A stretch of DNA of 37,408 nt. Source: Pseudomonadota bacterium (lineage in GTDB: Bacteria > Pseudomonadota > Gammaproteobacteria > Pseudomonadales > Azotimanducaceae). The position numbers and the translations under genes are program-made. The notes below the pieces were generated by a model. That model saw nothing but the letters and a program-made list of their open reading frames with translations. It made no database searches and was not told where the DNA came from. The stretch is from positions 1 to 37,408 of the forward strand of contig JAACDS010000160.1 of the NCBI GenBank assembly GCA_009936895.1. The letters are read 5' to 3'. Shown here one piece after another: positions 36,909 through 37,408 of this stretch (positions within the stretch are counted from its first letter, which is position 1; each line of letters begins with the position of its first letter).

Positions 36909-37408
36909 GCATAGTCGTCAACCCAGCTTTCGAGTTTCCAGCTCTTGATGTAGGCGGTGTGGCCGCCGCGTTCGGTCAGCTCAACGTTGATCGAGGGCGG
37001 CAGTGCGTCATAGTGCTGGGGTGGAATGATGGGGTCGTCCACAGCCGCTAGGATGGTGGCATCAACGCCGTTCAGCCGGTGACCGCGTAAATCGTAGGCG
37101 TCGTAATAGTCGTCTATGCTCGCAAAGTCGGTGTGGTCGGCGATGAAAAATTCCGTCAGTCGTTGAATGTCGCTGACGCCGTTCATGGCCGAAAAATCGT
37201 ACTGATCCGGGAATGCTGCCTGTTTCTGCTCCCAAAGAGTTCGCCACTTGCCCATGAAGTAGCGCTCGTAAATCACGCTGCCGCCAATTTGATTCACCGT
37301 ATGTTGAGGACTGATGGCAGGACAAATGGCCAAGGTTCGCAGCTGGGGCAGCTCGGCGGCCAGTCTCAGCGCAAAATTACCCCCCATGGAAAAGCCCATT
37401 AGGCCGGC
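36875..37408 (-). CDS. Alpha/beta hydrolase (YheT-like), 5' end outside the window
   Basis: GFSMGG nucleophile elbow, DDPII (Asp) and GGH (His) motifs. Confidence 0.88.
   Translation of the reverse strand, partial: AGLMGFSMGGNFALRLAAELPQLRTLAICPAISPQHTVNQIGGSVIYERYFMGKWRTLWEQKQAAFPDQYDFSAMNGVSDIQRLTEFFIADHTDFASIDDYYDAYDLRGHRLNGVDATILAAVDDPIIPPQHYDALPPSINVELTERGGHTAYIKSWKLESWVDDYAQAFFAELLNS

Noticed and set aside
1-37408. CRISPR arrays, tRNA/rRNA genes, and further Sec read-through at other TGA stops
   Set aside because: No regularly spaced repeats or RNA-gene signatures were seen in the short intergenic gaps. The other TGA stops I checked end complete-looking proteins, several as ordinary ATGA overlaps.

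Overview
Gene-dense bacterial chromosomal segment of moderately high GC, most likely from a free-living Gammaproteobacterium (inferred from glnS, slyX, tesB, glk and a Pseudomonas-type isocitrate lyase). From left to right it holds a 3'-truncated PLP aminotransferase; a coenzyme F420 locus (fbiC, cofC, cofD, cofE, npdG/fno, and a divergent F420-dependent LLM oxidoreductase); slyX, a polysaccharide deacetylase, a GT4 glycosyltransferase, a PhyH dioxygenase, an SDR, a second LLM, glucokinase and an enoyl-CoA hydratase. Next is a gene that the ORF track splits in two, which is probably one exported AhpC/TSA-like selenoprotein (in-frame TGA in a W-U-P-Y-C motif followed by a SECIS-like hairpin). 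After it come a TatT-DctPQM (TPAT) transporter, yjbQ and an acyl-CoA dehydrogenase pair. Then there is an XRE-HTH plus MenT/AbiEii-like nucleotidyltransferase pair preceded by a perfect 34-bp palindrome over its promoter (candidate toxin-antitoxin module). The remainder is metabolic and housekeeping genes (oxidoreductase, ThDP enzyme, aceA, hydratase, tesB, transglutaminase-like protein, glnS, HMG-CoA lyase, POT transporter, GNAT, partial hydrolase). I saw no rRNA, tRNA, CRISPR array, transposase or integrase. All product calls come from motif recognition by eye, without database searches.
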